Below are positions 60,701-64,000 of a DNA stretch of 64,000 bases, piece after piece. The stretch lies in assembly GCA_027366525.1 (NCBI GenBank), contig DAHXKG010000005.1:2575-66574 (forward strand). The letters are read 5' to 3'. Both the position numbers and the translations under genes were made by a program. Under the pieces are notes generated by a model. It had not been told where the DNA came from. It saw nothing but the letters and a program-made list of their open reading frames with translations, and did not search any database. The DNA is from a candidate division FCPU426 bacterium (GTDB taxonomy: Bacteria; Oederibacteriota; Muellerivitia; Muellerivitales; DAHXKG01). Each line of letters opens with the position of its first letter. The stretch's first letter is position 1.

Positions 60701-61179
60701 GAGGACTTATAATAAATCTAATTTAATGTACTGTCAAACTTTTTGGAAAAAGCTTTGTTATATTTATGAAAACGATCTCATGATTATGCGATAAAACTGC
60801 AAATAAAGTTTGTTTTCAAGATCAGAAGCGAAGGCCAAAGAACGACGAAACTTGGAGTCGATGGAGTCGGTTAAAAAAATAGACGCACGATTTCCAGAAA
60901 TTAGTTTCTTCATTTTTAAGATGCGAATAATGGAGTTAATCCATCAGTTTAAATGGTTTTGAAAATGCGGGTTGAATCGCATTGTAAATCCAGTCGATTT
61001 TTCAATGCGGGATTTACCGCGTGAAATCGTGAAACTTCAAATAACTGTTTTTTTTATCGAAGTTTGAGGCTATTTCTTGGATAATAGCCCCATCCCTAAA
61101 GTGTTTGAATAGTTATCGTGAATGGATGTTTTTAAAACTGGGCACTGTTGAAAATGTATCAAACAAATGGAGGACGAGG

Positions 61180-61614
61180 ATGAAACATATGTTCTTTTGG
61201 ATTATGGTGGGCGTGATAGGTTTAGTGGGGTTGGGCTGTTCAACTAAATTAAAATCAACGGGAAAATGGATCAAGATATCGACCGGGCTCCATTATCAGA
61301 TTCTTCAACATGGATCCGGAGCGATAGCGGCAAATGGTGATTTAGTAACCGTGAATTATACCGGCTGGCTCCCGAATGGGACTCAATTTGACAGTTCAGC
61401 CGATCATGGCAAACCTTTTCAATTTGTATTAGGGGCAGGCGAAGTTATTCCCGGATGGGATAGGGGCGTAGTTGGAATGCATGTCGGTGAGATTCGCAAA
61501 TTGATGATTGCACCCGCATTAGCCTATGGATCGGCGGGAGTTCCCGGAACCATCCCTCCCAATTCCACGTTAACATTTCGGATTCATCTTTTGAACATTT
61601 CCAATTCAAATTGA
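61180..61614 (+). CDS. FKBP-type peptidyl-prolyl cis-trans isomerase lipoprotein
   Basis: Start at ATG 61180 after GGAGGA RBS. Lipobox LVGLGC. FKBP core (DLVTVNYTGWLPNGTQFDSS...FQFVLGAGEVIPGWDRGVVGMHVGEIRKLMI...LTFRIHLL). Confidence 0.85.
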   Translation: MKHMFFWIMVGVIGLVGLGCSTKLKSTGKWIKISTGLHYQILQHGSGAIAANGDLVTVNYTGWLPNGTQFDSSADHGKPFQFVLGAGEVIPGWDRGVVGMHVGEIRKLMIAPALAYGSAGVPGTIPPNSTLTFRIHLLNISNSN

Positions 61615-61615
61615 G

Positions 61616-62086
61616 ATGACCTCAGATCAAATCATCAGGATTTTAGATTTAAAACCCTACTTAAATGGAGGATTCTTTCGCGAAACCCATCGGAGTGAAC
61701 TGCATTCACTGGGAACCATGAATTTAATTGCGACCTCAGTGTATTATCTGCTCACGCCAGCCGCGGTTTCAAAATTTTATAAGTTTTCTGTCGATATGAG
61801 TTTTCATTTTTATTGTGGCGATCCAATAACTTGGATTTTTTTAAAAGAATCTGGCGAGGTTGAAAAATTTGTTATGGGCTCACTGTTGGAGCATCATCAG
61901 GTTCCTCAATTGCATGTTGCAGCATCGACTTGGGTGGGCGGGTTTGTCAATCCAGGTGGTTCTTTTTCTCTTTTAGGAATCATACTATCGCCGGGAATGG
62001 ATTTTCAAAATATAACAGTGGCCGATCGCGAACAGCTGATGACCCAGTATGCCATTGCGGAAAAATATATTAATCAATTATCTTGA
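61616..62086 (+). CDS. cupin-fold protein (DUF985-like)
   Basis: 156 aa. LKPYLNGGFFRETHRS N-terminus and beta-rich cupin pattern. Confidence 0.55.
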   Translation: MTSDQIIRILDLKPYLNGGFFRETHRSELHSLGTMNLIATSVYYLLTPAAVSKFYKFSVDMSFHFYCGDPITWIFLKESGEVEKFVMGSLLEHHQVPQLHVAASTWVGGFVNPGGSFSLLGIILSPGMDFQNITVADREQLMTQYAIAEKYINQLS

Positions 62087-62510
62087 AATTAAATCATGGA
62101 CTTCACCATTTTTAAAGTTTGAAAGTCCGATGTGCATAGTCGAGGTCAATCAGACTACCGATCTTAATATCAAATAATCGATCGTCGGGTGGATGAATTT
62201 TAAAGTTCAGGGGGTCAATCAAAAATAGACCAAAAATTCGTTTAACCCTAAAACGTTTGAAGTGTTTTAAACGAGTTAATTTCACAAATGGGTATTGCCC
62301 GTGTACTAGTTAATAGGGATATTTTAAAATGATTTTATACAGTCCAAAATTGTTTAAAAAATATTTCAATTAAAATAGCTGGTGGAGTTGTTTTTTTCTC
62401 TCGAGGTAGTTTAAATTAATTCTTTCAATCAGTTATTTAGTTATTTTAAGATTCTCAAAACTTCGAATTTTAGAATTGACGATAACGATAATATAATTAA
62501 GGAAACGAAA

Positions 62511-62900
62511 ATGAAAAAATATATTTGGGGATTGCTGACAGTTGTTTTTTTTATTTCGATGAGAACGTTGGTTTATGCCAAGGGGGCTCAAGTCACCGTG
62601 CGCGGCAAGCTGGTGGATGCGGCTTGTTATCTGAAGTTTGGATATACCAATAATAATCATATGGGAACAATGGCTTGTGGTACGAGGTGTTTGGTCCAGG
62701 GATCCCCGGCAGGCCTTCTCAAGGGTCACCATATATATATTCTGATTTTTCCAGCCCGTTTTTTTTCCAATGACATCGGAAAGACTTTTCAAATTAGCGG
62801 AAAGATTATTCAAGGTGATCTCTTAATTCCACATATAGTTAAAATTCTTGAAAATGGAAAAATGCAAAAAGTGAGTATTGCGGGCGTAACCATGATGTAG
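62511..62900 (+). CDS. hypothetical secreted protein
   Basis: 129 aa with signal peptide (LLTVVFFISMRTLVYA). AAGGAAACGAAAATG RBS-like. The overlapping minus-strand ORF 62433-62813 is considered spurious. Confidence 0.5.
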   Translation: MKKYIWGLLTVVFFISMRTLVYAKGAQVTVRGKLVDAACYLKFGYTNNNHMGTMACGTRCLVQGSPAGLLKGHHIYILIFPARFFSNDIGKTFQISGKIIQGDLLIPHIVKILENGKMQKVSIAGVTMM

Positions 62901-62946
62901 TATTAATAATATCTTACGAATAATGTATAGTTTATAAAGGCTACCC

Positions 62947-63750
62947 ATGTCACAAAAAAAATTTAAACCCATGCTTTCTCAGTATCTTCAAGTTGGGAAG
63001 AAAGCCGCTGAAGTCGGCGGCACCCTGGCTTTAAAATATTTTTCAAAACAAGCCGTTAAGGTTTTTTATAAAAAAGATTTGTCGCCGGTGACGCAAGCCG
63101 ATAAAGAGACCGAATATGCCATTCGAAAAGTTCTTAAACAACACTGCCGACAGCATCAAATTTGTGGTGAAGAATTAGAGGATTGGAGCATTCAACAGTC
63201 TGAATTTCGATGGTGGATTGATCCAATTGATGGAACTCGTTTGTTTATCCGTGGCATTCCATTTTGGGGAACTTTACTCGGCCTTGAATATCAACAAGAA
63301 GTAGTGTTGGGAGTGATTTATCATCCCGCGCTCAATCTCATGATTTGGGCCACGAAAGACCAGGGATGTTTTGTGAACGGTAAACGGACGCGTGTTTCAT
63401 CCATACGAAAAATTGAGAAGGGGACTTTGGGATATGGCAGCATCCGACTTTTTAAAACGTCCATTCAAGCCCGATTGGTAAAACTGGTATCGCATGTTTA
63501 TGATGAACGAGGCTTTGGCGATTGTTTAGCGCAGTCTTTTGTAATTCAAGGAAATATGGAAGCTGTGATTGAACCAGTCGTCAAACCGTATGATGTTGCT
63601 GCGGTAAAAATTTGTGTCGAAGAATCCGGCGGAAAATTTACCGATTGGAATGGGAAGCCAACGATTTATTCGGGACATGCACTATCGTCTAACGGATGGG
63701 TCCATCAGCAAATTTTAAATGGATTAAGAGGATCAAGCCCCAACGCATGA
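62947..63750 (+). CDS. inositol monophosphatase family protein (SuhB/HisN-like)
   Basis: 267 aa. WWIDPIDGTRLFIRGIPFWGTLLG metal-binding motif and DPIDGT. C-terminal WDVAA motif. Confidence 0.8.
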   Translation: MSQKKFKPMLSQYLQVGKKAAEVGGTLALKYFSKQAVKVFYKKDLSPVTQADKETEYAIRKVLKQHCRQHQICGEELEDWSIQQSEFRWWIDPIDGTRLFIRGIPFWGTLLGLEYQQEVVLGVIYHPALNLMIWATKDQGCFVNGKRTRVSSIRKIEKGTLGYGSIRLFKTSIQARLVKLVSHVYDERGFGDCLAQSFVIQGNMEAVIEPVVKPYDVAAVKICVEESGGKFTDWNGKPTIYSGHALSSNGWVHQQILNGLRGSSPNA

Positions 63751-64000
63751 AACCACATTCAATCAAATTATTTAATTATCTTTACTTAGTTATTGCGTTG
63801 CTGGCATTTATTCTTCTATTGAGAAGCAGTTGGTTTGTTTTTGATGGTTTAATTGTTGTTTTGGCATGGTTTCACATCCGGATTACGACTTCGATTTTAA
63901 GCCATCCAGATAAACCTATCGAACAACGTTTCTATATCATGCTTTATTTGATTCGATTTTTTTTTATCAGTCTATTGATTTTAGGTGCGGAGAAATATTT
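63747..64000 (+). CDS. partial CDS (N-terminus) of a small-TM membrane protein, 3' end outside window
   Basis: ATG 63747 forms an ATGA overlap with the IMPase stop. 84 codons open to the window end. Hydrophobic (LVIALLAFILLL, LIVVLAWF). Confidence 0.4.
   Translation, partial: MKPHSIKLFNYLYLVIALLAFILLLRSSWFVFDGLIVVLAWFHIRITTSILSHPDKPIEQRFYIMLYLIRFFFISLLILGAEKY

Overview
This is a low-GC (~40%) bacterial chromosomal window with three distinct zones. Coordinates 2,162-24,234 are a dense, mostly co-directional housekeeping block. Its genes are glnN (type III glutamine synthetase), ArsR, trxA, rpsP-KH-rimM-trmD-rplS, rnhB, cca, an M50 protease, trpS, scpA-scpB-rluB, miaB and mutS. Coordinates 24,261-29,837 hold one 1,858-aa repeat protein with a HicB-like N-terminus and a C-terminal sorting-type domain. 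A tRNA-Asp follows at 29,910-29,987 and is abutted by a ~7.6-kb GC-rich (~55%) island. The island is bounded by a degenerate direct repeat of the tRNA 3' half at 37,546-37,588. It carries an AbiEi/AbiEii type IV toxin-antitoxin pair, an XRE + ImmA/IrrE regulatory pair, a DUF3892-like gene, a decayed IS3-family element, and a compact four-gene module. That module is the best candidate for a previously undescribed system and looks like a non-canonical Thoeris-like defense. It has two ThsB-type TIR-like (DUF1863/MTH538) proteins interleaved with small membrane proteins. The membrane partners are a zinc-ribbon + glycine-zipper protein and a 3-TM protein, and the first TIR-like protein itself ends in a duplicated glycine-zipper helix. 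No canonical ThsA (SIR2/SLOG or Macro) is present. Downstream, at 37,777-52,357, lie four large secreted proteins built as an N-terminal domain, a Thr/Pro-rich linker, a DUF11-like domain and FlgD-Ig/T9SS-like C-terminal domains. Two of them look like glycoside hydrolases: a GH116-like enzyme with a malectin domain, and a GH5 enzyme. These are followed by a gldA/gldF/gldG-like ABC module with a DUF4340 gene, tatC, a second ABC-2 exporter, an FKBP lipoprotein, a cupin and an IMPase. Two long ORF-free AT/purine-rich regions (195-2,161 and 41,569-43,122) are unexplained.
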